Positions 51,401 through 59,828 of a DNA stretch of 64,000 nt are shown here, in pieces (the first letter of the stretch is position 1; the number at the start of each line of letters is the position of its first letter). Made by a program: the position numbers and the translations under genes. Source of the stretch: a virus (Duplodnaviria > Caudoviricetes); the IMG/VR virus record IMGVR_UViG_3300021979_000003, positions 96,001-160,000 of that record; one strand, written 5' to 3'. Under the pieces are notes generated by a model. The model saw nothing but the letters and a program-made list of their open reading frames with translations, searched no databases and was not told the origin of the DNA.

Positions 51401-53787
51401 CTGATCCTATTACACTTGAATCCAGTAAGATAACGATGGAAGCTTGGTTATATGGTCATGACATTGATATTCTAAACGGTCAGAGTTCATATGAAGTGAT
51501 GTCTATAAACGTCACTAACAGCGATAATCCATCCGATAGCGTGGTTTATAAAGTAGTGATGCTAGACAACGCAGGCACAGTAGAATATCGCGTACAGGCG
51601 TTCAGAGGCAACGTACCGTACCTTGATGAGGTTGTTACCCTGACACCAAACGTCATGAACTACTTCGTTTTTGGTATTGATAATTCATCAACTAATACTA
51701 AGTTGAATCTATCAATAAACCGTGATAACTATGTTACATATAACTTAGGAAACTTTATCAATGTTAATGGATTCTATGATGTATCACTTAATATAGGTAG
51801 TACTGATGTTCATTATTTCTATGATGAATTCGCACTTTATGATAGACCGCTTGATATTCAAACGGTAGAAGACCATTACGATTATGCAAGTGAGTCTGTA
51901 CCTCAAAGAGTGTTTAAGCTTGAAAACTACCATGATCCTGATAGTACAAACGTGTTTATCGAAGGCGTTCTTCTCCCGAAGAATGAGTACAGTATCATTA
52001 ACAATGAACTACGATTAGTTAATGAGCCACCACGTGCTTACAGACATGTTTCTAACGTGGTTGTTAAATCAACTAATATTGCCGATGATAGAATATTGTC
52101 TGAATATGATCAGGCACGTGGCTACTATGGTGTGAACAAAAACGATTTAAATGAATGGATGATGACTGTTAACCAGAAGCGTACACACGCCATGTTTGAC
52201 CGTATTTCTGTCTTACCTTCTCTTCCATTAGAAGACTTGGTGACACGCTATAATGATGTGTTAAGTTCAGAAACACCACTAGAAGAATTCAGTAACCAGT
52301 CTTACAAGTTCAAGGGATTCAATGGACGTAAGTTTACTGAAACTGATCGTATAGTGACAAACATGTACTTTGATGATCTAACTGTGTTAGTTAGCGAGTC
52401 GTATGTTGAAACAGTAAACGCTCCTATAAAGAAGAACTTCAACATTGGTGATTCTTTCTCTGAGGATAATATTGCTGTATTTGTTAACGATGATCTTGTA
52501 GAACCAAGACATTACAACACTTCAATCGATTCTGGTACATCTGAAATCACCGTATCAATGTTATTTGATGTGAAAAAGAATAGTAAGTTTACGGTTAGAC
52601 CTAAAGACAAATATGAAGACCTTATGTTCAAGGTCGCACATCACCGTGGAGTGGGTATACCGTTCAGAAATCTTGATGAAATAAAAGAAATAGGTTTCAA
52701 GGTAGACGAAAATACTTATCCAGTTAAAATTGATACCAATGGAGAGTTAATTCTTGACTCTGATTATATCGAAATGGTTGAAGACACAGGTCATGATGTT
52801 AGCTTAGACGTTCTATATTCTGAGTTCGATGATGTGACCGCAGATATTAAAAATGCTGATAAGTTCCTTCGAAATGCTGAAGAAGCTATACCCGAAGAAA
52901 GAACTGACTTGAACTTAAAAGAAGCACTTGTGTTTACGTTCAAGACTAACTTGAAGATAATTCAGAGAGGATATGAAACAGGATCAGGCTTTGATATATT
53001 TGACACAGTAAGCTTTACAGCGTCTGGTGGAGAAACCGAATACCCAATCACACTAGGATCAATACCTAAAGAACAAATCCTTGTATTGGTTAATGAAGAC
53101 GAATGGGTTATGGACGGTGAATATACCAACGATCAGCATCATTATAGTGTTGAGCCTGATAAAATTGTTTTCAATAAGCAGTTGAGAAATAATGACAAGG
53201 TTATTATTACTGATAGGTATTCTGCGTTTGATCAATATCGCGGTACGCAAATGTTTATTCATAAAAATATTCAAGCGGGCGGTTACGATGGCGACATGGT
53301 TATGCCTGACTTCATGAATGATAGTGAAGATCGCCGTGAATTTATCATCTATACACAGGATGGTAGAGTACATGCGTTTGAATGTCCAGAATCTGAGGCA
53401 ATAACAGTTAATGGTTCGGTAACATATGCACAAGAATCTATCGAACTAACAGGCAATGTTTCTGATAGCATGAAACTTGCTAATAAAGATCAAGGTAAAA
53501 TTGCCGTGGTTTATGGCGAGGAAATAGATGGTTCAGGAAAGCTAGTTAGTAGTCGATGTGAATTCATCCACTATACACAAGCAGATGGCAATGTTATTGA
53601 AGGAATAAAGCGTGGCCTGTTTGGTAAAAATCCAAAGGATTTCGATAGCAATAAATATAATATAAAGGTATATCCATTAACAATTGATGATAGCCTACCA
53701 AGTTTCACAATAACAGAGCCTTATCTAGGAGTTAGAGGAAAAGCATCTTATCCTAAATATGGTCATATAATGAGTGGTAAAGATTAA
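42424..53787 (+). CDS. Giant virion structural protein (baseplate wedge-like)
   Basis: 3787-aa uninterrupted ORF under a late promoter; two LamG-like domains, three CBM5/12-like aromatic repeats; position among tail genes. Confidence 0.7.
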   Translation: MADKNIKNFLPSVFRTNKIKNFMDSTSETLFSDNNSENKSYFVGRRVGGLYDPLSDYYAQEINKIRENYQLEPSLVIRDKDTSEVNDVLFYEDLLRSLENSGSQVSDHSRLFASTKFSYAPPIDMDMFINYSDYYWYPEGGFEIRVDANPSDLEGRIAATVRIIETSEPLEVSTGMHLELNDNNIYIVEGVGTYIRLIEFDPDNNKPFKIDRVYNVTQTSNDVIERFPAEYITMERGANDKNPWSRNNSWYHKDVINKIIGQSRFLAERSRRAQRPIICFRRDLELYNYGNHFDFVKSIDTTLSTSMDGANIESGDKVIINGDSNIYQYDGSAFLSVAQANHDDKVTIYDGNNKADEFKWDSIEDDWVLCQRKLEVNQPILFNIYDSNDENATLISDEFKYPNSSFDGCEIFRYARSSTSLEDPVLGFGIRYKAFRESSDIVFENAMSDTCTYEIGGETRTIQNGFYKVNNPNNIERNNIIKFTIGKDYTTGNPVVYINGRQQRNIVLKANTQYRLDYTDSSTTVRGWYENYSPIEILDETGSQVIRPTHADSSKNDVLYTFNETSAGGYVYKTSYYEGRIYVVNETVEDFYFENSWIESEDTNITLKLEKLVTDENDLEVKLSYTPRNDNAIRVTYNGDVLGKSSYYFSVDSVFITDIEGEVEKGDYIEVFYTTNDPVSNESEEIQMVHPSLNNNPNNDDIEDFAFSEVFDQFRSIIRNQPFLKGTALTDNNFRDTIKDGSLGTSILKHSAPMVPLMFANLSDEADVVEAIISAKDYYNNFKNSLIVESDEFNRNNDITNENVRDIFDDIVASINSGRRKTDPYAYSYMFATYNKYTNVTFDASGVASEYLDIDIDSNELYIYTQDGLRLIDIDYRIENDSSTLTTTLVPLTFSIEDIIESRYYQEMEPSFCAPTPMKFGLDRPKRPEIIKDETYLSDKYFIIGHDGSKFLAYSSEDQINSGELDGRDLLVLELEKRIYNGIRPEFKDESKFIINLSDVTPSYYKELSVTKQFVEDVEFRFFSKWCNDNNINYTANDTFDINNELTYNIPRFETDNGVVISGHWKSIYQYFYGTVTPNKTPWEMLEFKIKPSWWESEYGTDYSSNNTQMWSDIEQGIVRQGVRENLAFDAYKSSTNRLRKDGLMQILPVDSNGDLRTVSDIGLVDSSTFNYYQIKREWSFGEYGPVEQAWRNSSDYSFVKQALFYISKPLQYITEAWDTELSFNLPVGNVHKPSEMGVHSFVENSTNFNYVAGVSQWLYSYLQVKNLSGERLLRDRFYESDIQLSHKAGGFIDSTNINISTETFNPRSDSTVTNIPTEDISVLLHESKDIKTETYSGVLVERVDADKTFYNFNEGQIYDINEVVYNTNDKNYYKLVSDHKSYPDFEPFTLYVTGRVVKYANRLYVCLEDYRSDDQEFPNNSSKWKLRGFVANDWALLTGKPSAKTTYFKVYGYDLYDSGFRTIPASDTSRDIEITVPTVDSKQVPVVNWEPNKQFYTGQYVRINDGNLFACRRDHVSSEVFDTQLWVRSDKLPFTNMASVNVKTEGSNKVSYVPYGTVFRTTREVSEFLMAYGRYLESRGWKFDSFDSSRNKFKNWKLSVEEFIRWAYENQSAGSVIGLSPISEDIKFSASHGVPSITRNKINTPVTLIGPKGNIIDPKNAEYNRSGGIYHVMAGEPVFFCKLSIKEYEHIITVNNRTVFNDVIYDPELGIRKDRLKIRTLKTKGWDGRLRAEGFIVTGDKILPNFETSVSDIKSISDKDVISIQDIYNRLKYHNFGYEQRSYLEGLSMDAKAQISFYEGFVRQKGTSEAFQRLLRSSELDVSGDMKINEEWAFKQGTFGSVETDQRVEILFDNTDMKSTPQAVYLEYKQEFENKKATDVYVDIEDRDKWITKPKSLVDGNIFVETKFNNVKKYPTAGYVRWSDADFKAFTLKGLGASIRESNRSIVEGMRAWIAKDSSEQYGWNVYHSSFVNVTVDEIITLGRNSVSSAVLRLSGDVNEDYVYGIYDGGYNYTFKLTKIDPNDNVYIMLSFDEEMYTTFESSEDLTSLNQLQFVRWVPSRINMFYHQFFDDVQDTIDTFIGNIAHSPSDGYRLYIDITNSPVSYKAEVMNSNPYEYWSFDSNSYAGMNGNNFSQQDSSSVPSDVINNYNSLVSDGTTFSPASDEWPNMIWSDLGSTTENTKTIEFWFEYDETVRFTEDMSHSYPIAAIVQRDTTGEVVSTHIGVYPDTDNETNDYRVIHTIDGNLEYSSSIPLENGMNHCVLTVDNGPSGNTIKTVINGTVVDEVSSINGIVQNTTHSVFVACVDNHQSGDDMPMVDELAFYESSLSIIDIQSHYRSGIAGLVASNEEKWGVFEYNSGSWSVVYEEKPVIDTDMIHECLIYNTEDSSYIDNVKIHDPVKGYFAGAPIQDIDYITEYDPVDYNSGTENYSAWGSNKVGTVWWDTSTMRYLEYENGTSEDRINFWGTLFPQSTIDVYEWRQSTVVPSEYEGTGTPYTTEEYVFEDVYDEETNETTRFYFFWVKNTSGIPENTNRTSSIVNISNSIRYPDNNGVPYINFINNECILLNDNTNVMVQNDFVLQIEYETNKDDIDTHTQWTLVSEDEREDEIPDFLFNKMIDSILGYTEEDVNGIVHQIPDVNLSESKKYGNLQFPRQTWFINTKEARRNFFEAINEALEGINIWDVELFWEELNEDVLRDTKYFGLIDWYKEGYDPLTIVSNLVNKRVDILTTPLNDGEYIKVNESVGRMPSVYESGFTIYQYHSDINSYEKVGQSRAELKFKEAFYVDDISQEDAAKIRDILGIVFETFLGKQRPEFINKIFYTMVRYVISEQPTNDWVFPTTYININQESRSLIKKRVYQDDKEEEIIGYVTEAKPFHTKLREINKIATGDIEYNGFYVTDFDKPPYLTDSREIINIQEETIDTIPYKKDLYYNLSIRNAKPVEYWPMNVKYSPSTIEGEFGVNFYNRDSDFVAKPSGICFNNGFELLGPYSTDPITLESSKITMEAWLYGHDIDILNGQSSYEVMSINVTNSDNPSDSVVYKVVMLDNAGTVEYRVQAFRGNVPYLDEVVTLTPNVMNYFVFGIDNSSTNTKLNLSINRDNYVTYNLGNFINVNGFYDVSLNIGSTDVHYFYDEFALYDRPLDIQTVEDHYDYASESVPQRVFKLENYHDPDSTNVFIEGVLLPKNEYSIINNELRLVNEPPRAYRHVSNVVVKSTNIADDRILSEYDQARGYYGVNKNDLNEWMMTVNQKRTHAMFDRISVLPSLPLEDLVTRYNDVLSSETPLEEFSNQSYKFKGFNGRKFTETDRIVTNMYFDDLTVLVSESYVETVNAPIKKNFNIGDSFSEDNIAVFVNDDLVEPRHYNTSIDSGTSEITVSMLFDVKKNSKFTVRPKDKYEDLMFKVAHHRGVGIPFRNLDEIKEIGFKVDENTYPVKIDTNGELILDSDYIEMVEDTGHDVSLDVLYSEFDDVTADIKNADKFLRNAEEAIPEERTDLNLKEALVFTFKTNLKIIQRGYETGSGFDIFDTVSFTASGGETEYPITLGSIPKEQILVLVNEDEWVMDGEYTNDQHHYSVEPDKIVFNKQLRNNDKVIITDRYSAFDQYRGTQMFIHKNIQAGGYDGDMVMPDFMNDSEDRREFIIYTQDGRVHAFECPESEAITVNGSVTYAQESIELTGNVSDSMKLANKDQGKIAVVYGEEIDGSGKLVSSRCEFIHYTQADGNVIEGIKRGLFGKNPKDFDSNKYNIKVYPLTIDDSLPSFTITEPYLGVRGKASYPKYGHIMSGKD

Positions 53788-53798
53788 CAGGAGAATAT

Positions 53799-54407
53799 AT
53801 GAAAGACCTAATGGGTTTGGGTGTCACAGGGCATTTGAAGATTAACAGTTGGGAAGTGGATAGTGAAGGTAACAAAATCGACTTCACTAACCATGTTGAT
53901 AAAAAGAATGCTATTCATGACGGTAACATGGTCTTTGCAATTGCAAAGGCTATGATTGGTCAAGATAGTGCAAATACCTTCTCAATTGGATGGATCGCAT
54001 TTGGTGATGGCGGTTCTGAAATTGCAGAAACAGGCACTGTGACTTATCGTCCCACTAACACGCAAAATAACCGAAACGAGCTTGCTGATCTTCATCAACG
54101 TGTGTATCAGAAAAAGATAGAAGATGAAGGCTTTACTATGGAAGTTAGCCCTATAATTTATAATAGAGCGATAGCTGATATTAATACAAACATTGTTCTA
54201 CAACAGGGTGAGCCATTTGGTCAGTTACCTATGGACAATGCTGTAGAGTTTAGTGACAGGTTTGTTTTTGATGAGTTGGGATTTTTTACAAATGCAAACA
54301 ACATAGAAGATTCTTATATGTTGACCCATATTGTTTTTCATCCTATCCAAAAATCATTAAATCGTGTGTTTGAAATAGACTACACAATTAGATTTGAAAT
54401 TTTATAA
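53799..54407 (+). CDS. Baseplate/tail-collar-like structural protein
   Basis: KKNAIH, FGDGGS, FVFDELG, LTHIVFHPIQKSLNR motifs; within tail operon. Confidence 0.55.
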   Translation: MKDLMGLGVTGHLKINSWEVDSEGNKIDFTNHVDKKNAIHDGNMVFAIAKAMIGQDSANTFSIGWIAFGDGGSEIAETGTVTYRPTNTQNNRNELADLHQRVYQKKIEDEGFTMEVSPIIYNRAIADINTNIVLQQGEPFGQLPMDNAVEFSDRFVFDELGFFTNANNIEDSYMLTHIVFHPIQKSLNRVFEIDYTIRFEIL

Positions 54408-54419
54408 GGGTTAAATTAA

Positions 54420-55883
54420 ATGAGTTATAGAGTTGATAGAACTGACGAAACAAACGTTCCTATTAATGTTGATATGTCAGTTACTAAAAGACAGTTGGGC
54501 CTTACATGGGTAGGTCAATACTATTCCCGATATGGCGAAGTACAGAGTGAAAACTTTCTAAGGCTCCTAGAAAACTTTGCCAGTGATACGCAGCCTAACT
54601 CAAATGATGATCCCGGCCTAGCATTGAATAATGTTCTAGGTCAGCTTTGGTATCATACTGACGACACTGGAACAAACCTTAGAACAACATTAAAGGTTTT
54701 TAATGATAATCGACATAATGGGACTGATGGTTGGAAGCGCTTAGAACCTATTATCAATAATCTAGAACCTAGCGTACATACTGAAGGCGAAATGTGGTAT
54801 CAACCCTCAACAAATACTCTTAAAATTTCTAGGGGTAATCGTTGGGAAGAAACAACTGTTCTTTTAGCTCAAGACTCTGAACGTTTAGGCGGATTCACCC
54901 CTGATCAATATGTTAGAAGTGACATTAATGATACCATCTATGGTGAGTTACGTACTAATGTGATTATGCCAGATCGTCACAATGAATTCGATTTGGGTAA
55001 GAGTAACCTACGATGGGAGACAATCTATGGTAACACATTGGATGTGAACTCTTCCCATACTATTCTTCCTGAATTTACAGACAGTTATGATCTAGGTGTT
55101 AGTTCTCGCAGATGGAGAAATGGTTATTTCTCTTTGATGGACTCTATTAACTACACTAACGTTTCACCACTTACTACTAATCAATATTCTTTAGGTAACT
55201 CTGCTAAATGGTGGAATGATGCATATGTAAGAACGCTTAACGTTAATAAAATAAGTACGTTTGAACCAATAAACTCATCTGCATCTGTTGGTACTTCAAC
55301 TGTTCGTTGGGGATATACTTACTTTGATATTCTTGATACAAATTATTCAAAAAGTCTAATACCTTTGACTGGTTTGCAGCACGATCTTGGCTCAAATGCA
55401 AGGAAATGGCGCGAATTACATGTGGATGTAATAAAGCAAGCAAAGACTGAAAGACTATATCCGAGGTTAGATAATACCTACGATCTAGGCTCAGTATCAA
55501 ATAAATATAGAGATATATATGTAAACAATATTGCCAGTGATGTGAAAGTCGAAGGTGATGTAACATTTGAAATCGTTAGAAATGGTGCGTCAAAGGGAAT
55601 ATCATGGACTGGACTTACGGATAACCATGCAATCTACGTTGAAGAATTTGCGAATGCTGAAAACACGCGTCTTGTAATTCACAACCAAGATAATACCTCA
55701 GATTATACTGTTTTCCGTGGTGATAGTGGCGATATTGCATACTTTAAACACAATGAACTGGAAGTTGTTGGTGGAGTCTTAAAAACGAAAGGTAGCTTGA
55801 AAGTTGAAGATCAATCTACAACAAGCGGCTGTGAAATGGTATATAATGAAGCCAACGAAACACTTGATTTTATATTTTACTAA
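54420..55883 (+). CDS. Short fibre-type protein with six approximately 33-aa repeats
   Basis: ENFLRLLENFA/GQLWY N-terminus; P....YDLGS...RW..Y repeats. Confidence 0.65.
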   Translation: MSYRVDRTDETNVPINVDMSVTKRQLGLTWVGQYYSRYGEVQSENFLRLLENFASDTQPNSNDDPGLALNNVLGQLWYHTDDTGTNLRTTLKVFNDNRHNGTDGWKRLEPIINNLEPSVHTEGEMWYQPSTNTLKISRGNRWEETTVLLAQDSERLGGFTPDQYVRSDINDTIYGELRTNVIMPDRHNEFDLGKSNLRWETIYGNTLDVNSSHTILPEFTDSYDLGVSSRRWRNGYFSLMDSINYTNVSPLTTNQYSLGNSAKWWNDAYVRTLNVNKISTFEPINSSASVGTSTVRWGYTYFDILDTNYSKSLIPLTGLQHDLGSNARKWRELHVDVIKQAKTERLYPRLDNTYDLGSVSNKYRDIYVNNIASDVKVEGDVTFEIVRNGASKGISWTGLTDNHAIYVEEFANAENTRLVIHNQDNTSDYTVFRGDSGDIAYFKHNELEVVGGVLKTKGSLKVEDQSTTSGCEMVYNEANETLDFIFY

Positions 55884-55895
55884 TAGAGAGAGTTT

Positions 55896-57461
55896 ATGCA
55901 GATTAAAAGGCTATCTGGTCTAGGTGGGAACATATTAACAAATAATACGTTACAAATCGTAGAGTTGGAAGGATCAAATATTGATGCACCCGGATTCGGA
56001 AATATGATTATTAATAATAATCAAGTTACTTCTATAACATCCAACTCTGGATTATTTGTTGTTGTGATGGATGAATTTTTAAATGTTCTTGAAACAAGAC
56101 GTTTCACATTGACTAGCAATGCAGCAGCAGGAAGAAGAGACACAGACTTTATTAATTTCGTTGGCTCTCTACCACCAAGACGTTATTACGCGTTTGTTAG
56201 CAATGGACAAATTGGCCGATCAACATCTGTTGATAGTTTCTTTCGCGACGTTCTAAACAGTAATGTTTGGGATAATATGTGGACACTATATAACACTGCC
56301 TATAGCAATCCCCAGACTTTGGGTAAAATTTCATATTCTGCATTCGGATCAACTGAACTTGGGGTTACACATGAAAACTTCTTCAATGGATCGTCAGAAG
56401 CACATCTATCAGTAAGCATAAGCGAATACGATTACTTCATGAACACTGGATATGGATCACCAGTATATAGCTTAGGTTCACAAACATATGGATCAACTTA
56501 TACAACAGAAACGGTTCCTGCATCTTTATTTAATTCAGTCGGTGCGTACTTTACAGTAAGGTATAGAGGTAGTTTACAGTCAGATGATATAGTTATTGAG
56601 AAAGTATATACTAATGCTACAGTAGATACATTTAACCTTTCTGAGGTTAACACTAATATGTTTAAATCCAACTCACTACGCTTGTCAAATAGCAATGTTA
56701 GTGAATATCGCATTAAAGTTAAAAATGTAGAACTGCTATATCTAGATGTTTATCGTTCCAGTCCTAATAGTATACCTAATCCAGTATCATCTATATCGAA
56801 ACGGGGTGATGGCCTATCCGTATCAAATATAAAGTTTGGTATGAATGGTTACGACTTTGAAAATAATAACCACCTAAGTAACTTTTCTAACTTAAATAAA
56901 GTTTACACATGTAACAACACAGTAAGTGTCAATAATGTAAACATGGATTCATTTACATTAACTGGAACTCAAGAAAGCAACTTTATAGCGGTAGATAGTA
57001 ACATAGATTATTTTGTTTCATTTTTTGGAAAAAATAATACCACCAACAGTACGTCAGCCATTATTGCTGTAAAGACATTTGATTCTTCATTTAACCCTAT
57101 ATCGACTGTTTCTCTAATGAGTTTAAGTAGCTCAGAAATTCATAATATGGGTAGCATATCTAATAGTACACAAGATGTATTCTATCAAGAATACTATGTA
57201 TTGTCGTCTAAGCAATCCACATCTGATGTAACAAATGCTTCTTATTTAGTTAGTGATATATATGGAAGTATAGTATCTGGTGGCTGGTCTTCTGAAACTA
57301 ATACTGTAAATGATATTGTAATCATGAACAGCGACGTGGCATTTATAAAAGTTGAAATAACAACTGATAATAGTCTAGAGATAATTAATCCTGTATGTGA
57401 TGTTGTTAAATTTTCTTTAACAAAAGATTCAACATATATTGGAAATATTAACGAGTCTTAA
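55896..57461 (+). CDS. Putative receptor-binding/fibre-tip protein, N-terminal ILEI-like domain
   Basis: GLFVVVMDE..VLETRRF...FINFVGSLPP..YYAFVS pattern; S/N/T-rich beta protein. Confidence 0.5.
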   Translation: MQIKRLSGLGGNILTNNTLQIVELEGSNIDAPGFGNMIINNNQVTSITSNSGLFVVVMDEFLNVLETRRFTLTSNAAAGRRDTDFINFVGSLPPRRYYAFVSNGQIGRSTSVDSFFRDVLNSNVWDNMWTLYNTAYSNPQTLGKISYSAFGSTELGVTHENFFNGSSEAHLSVSISEYDYFMNTGYGSPVYSLGSQTYGSTYTTETVPASLFNSVGAYFTVRYRGSLQSDDIVIEKVYTNATVDTFNLSEVNTNMFKSNSLRLSNSNVSEYRIKVKNVELLYLDVYRSSPNSIPNPVSSISKRGDGLSVSNIKFGMNGYDFENNNHLSNFSNLNKVYTCNNTVSVNNVNMDSFTLTGTQESNFIAVDSNIDYFVSFFGKNNTTNSTSAIIAVKTFDSSFNPISTVSLMSLSSSEIHNMGSISNSTQDVFYQEYYVLSSKQSTSDVTNASYLVSDIYGSIVSGGWSSETNTVNDIVIMNSDVAFIKVEITTDNSLEIINPVCDVVKFSLTKDSTYIGNINES

Positions 57462-57931
57462 AACAGACTCGTTATAAAGTTGTACATAGCTTCAGCTTCA
57501 GTTAATAAAGCTTGCTGTTCAGTCTCAGTTAAGTTTTCGTAATTACTATCTAGGTAGGTAGCAATGGCTACTAGGTTTTCGTTGGAAGGGGTTTCGGAAA
57601 CTGCTACATATCCATCTGGAAGAACTAAACCATCCTTATACGTGTTCACATACTGAACTATTCCATTTAACTCAGCAGGTCCAGAAGCTTCATTGAGTAT
57701 ATCATTAAAGCTTCTATCCCAAGACTTGGTATAGTTGACATAGTTATTAGCTTCACCTGTGTTCTCAAAAACAGTGAATGAATCTTTACGCTTAAGGTAT
57801 AAAGCATTCTCTCCCCAATCACCTTTTCCTTTCACAAAGTCTTTTATATCAGACTCTGGCACATCCGAGCTTATATTAATTTCTTGTTTTGGAAGTTGTA
57901 CAGTCCAAACATCATTTATAAACTTTTTCAT
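57458..57931 (-). CDS. Hypothetical protein
   Basis: 157 aa, last gene of minus-strand late operon. Confidence 0.6.
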   Translation of the reverse strand: MKKFINDVWTVQLPKQEINISSDVPESDIKDFVKGKGDWGENALYLKRKDSFTVFENTGEANNYVNYTKSWDRSFNDILNEASGPAELNGIVQYVNTYKDGLVLPDGYVAVSETPSNENLVAIATYLDSNYENLTETEQQALLTEAEAMYNFITSLF

Positions 57932-57940
57932 ATGTTATAA

Positions 57941-58231
57941 TTACCTTTGGTCCAAAAACAACATAAGCTTACGTCTTATATCATTTACGTCTACATCAAC
58001 AAACCATTCACCCTCTGCACGTTGTTCGCTGAAACAATTATGTAAATACTTTTCAGCTTTATTTGCCTCGGTTCTTTCCTCTACCCACTCGACATTTATT
58101 TTATGTGGGTTTCCGGTTTGCAATGACTTAATCCTTTTATATAAATTATCATTTTTACAAACACCAATCTTATGAAACTTTTTGTCTTGGCAACTTAATA
58201 TATAAAGAACATTATATGTAAATTTTCTCAA
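57941..58231 (-). CDS. T5orf172/Mug113-type GIY-YIG nuclease domain protein
   Basis: YIL..KIG...KRIKSLQTGNP...AEKYLH..F...GEWF. Confidence 0.8.
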   Translation of the reverse strand: MRKFTYNVLYILSCQDKKFHKIGVCKNDNLYKRIKSLQTGNPHKINVEWVEERTEANKAEKYLHNCFSEQRAEGEWFVDVDVNDIRRKLMLFLDQR

Positions 58232-59028
58232 AACCTTTCTCCATCGTTATATCTATTTATAACATTTTGAAATAGCTCGATTGGAGTTTTTCTTGACTTA
58301 GCTATGATTTTCTTTTTGTTAAGCAACAAGTAGCTTTTGGAAACTACCATAATTTCATTATTAGTCTTTGATAAACTGGTAGGAAGTTCGCCCATGTTAT
58401 CGGCAACTTCATATGTTGAGAGAAGCTTAGTAATTTGCTTTTTAATTTCGTCAAAAATACTTTTAGTTAAATCTTTAGAATCTTCTTTACTAAACCCTTT
58501 CTTTATAAAGGCTCTGTATAGATCATTAGATATTTCAGATATAGATTTCTCGTTACTCTCCAATACCTTGAAAACAATATCAGCAACCTTATTTTCATCA
58601 TACTTGGTGTCTATACGATGCATTACAATATCAATTATTTCTTTACGCCATGTCATGTACCAGTCATAAATTTCTTCAGAGTAACACATCTTATAATTAC
58701 CAGTGGGTAATAATATAAAAGGTGACCCGTAAGACGATGAACCGTTTAGGGTAGTATATATGGCATCTTTTCTAAAATTTATTCCATAGTTTTCATTGAA
58801 AAAGTCATCAAGATAATTACCAAAATAATTATGTGCACCTTCCTGTGGTGATTTATGATCTTCGGTGACAACGATAAAATCAGTATCTAAAGAACCACTG
58901 TTATGATGTAGGACTGTGTTGGACTTAACACAGTCTTCCATGTACTTAAGCATTTCAGGGTACTTATCGATATGAAATAAAAGTATATCTATAAAGTTCG
59001 ATGGTTCGTATATTTCATCTATTTTCAT
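58228..59028 (-). CDS. Hypothetical protein, possible internal head protein with ART-like fold
   Basis: MKIDEIYE N-terminus; FFNENYGINFR..IYTT..SYGSPFILLP.G motif. Confidence 0.45.
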   Translation of the reverse strand: MKIDEIYEPSNFIDILLFHIDKYPEMLKYMEDCVKSNTVLHHNSGSLDTDFIVVTEDHKSPQEGAHNYFGNYLDDFFNENYGINFRKDAIYTTLNGSSSYGSPFILLPTGNYKMCYSEEIYDWYMTWRKEIIDIVMHRIDTKYDENKVADIVFKVLESNEKSISEISNDLYRAFIKKGFSKEDSKDLTKSIFDEIKKQITKLLSTYEVADNMGELPTSLSKTNNEIMVVSKSYLLLNKKKIIAKSRKTPIELFQNVINRYNDGERF

Positions 59029-59031
59029 GAA

Positions 59032-59826
59032 TTATTTCTTGTCTTTTTTATATTTTCTTAATAAGTTAAGAGTGTAGTACTTCATATTGTGTGTTTTTAC
59101 AGCAGTAAATAGCTTATAAAACATTTTTATTTTTGCTAAGAATAGTAATGGTGCAATAAATCCTTTTCTGTCTTCAGTATCTATCACCACATTGCCACGC
59201 TTAAGAAGAAGTTCTTCACCGAAGATATCTTCATAAAATAAAGATGGAAACATAGGAATTAAGTCACCATCCATACGATATTTATATACTTTTGTTTGTT
59301 TGCAATTGTCGTAAAAGTCAGACTTTGCTAGACATGGTGCGCCAAAACTTATTACAGTAGTATCTACATGACTCATACAGCCAACGTATTTTGCTAACAC
59401 ACCACCTAGAGAATGACCTGTAAGAATAATATCGTAGCCTTTCAGCTTTGCTTCTTTAAGATCGTGCTTCATTATGGAATACATATGGTTGCCTGCTCTG
59501 ACATAACCATTATGAGCCTTAGTTCCATTCACCTTCTTAGGCCACATACGTAAGCTTATAATAAGGTCCATCCACTCATCCTTGAATCTTTTTATATCAG
59601 TACCACGTATTACAAAGTAAGCCTTTTTGCTATGATCATCAAACGCTACATAATACTGAAGTGTTTCATATTCAGATGATTTAAAGTAATTCATGTTGAA
59701 TCTACTTGAAAGCCACTTTTCTTGCTCTTTATCAGATTTGTATGATAAAGTACAAAGGTAGCTACAAAGTAAAGCTACCTGATCTACGTTTTCGTAGTCT
59801 AAGTTGTTTATATCGTTTCTATTCAT
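59032..59826 (-). CDS. Class 3 lipase (Lipase_3, alpha/beta hydrolase)
   Basis: IRGT, HNG, LTGHSLGG nucleophile elbow, FGAP, DLIP, HNMKYY; SD ggagga before ATG 59826. Confidence 0.88.
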   Translation of the reverse strand: MNRNDINNLDYENVDQVALLCSYLCTLSYKSDKEQEKWLSSRFNMNYFKSSEYETLQYYVAFDDHSKKAYFVIRGTDIKRFKDEWMDLIISLRMWPKKVNGTKAHNGYVRAGNHMYSIMKHDLKEAKLKGYDIILTGHSLGGVLAKYVGCMSHVDTTVISFGAPCLAKSDFYDNCKQTKVYKYRMDGDLIPMFPSLFYEDIFGEELLLKRGNVVIDTEDRKGFIAPLLFLAKIKMFYKLFTAVKTHNMKYYTLNLLRKYKKDKK

Positions 59827-59828
59827 TT

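Noticed and set aside
42424-53787. Giant ORF as NRPS/PKS or RTX toxin
   Set aside because: No adenylation/KS or GGXGXD motifs; late promoter and tail-gene context indicate a virion protein
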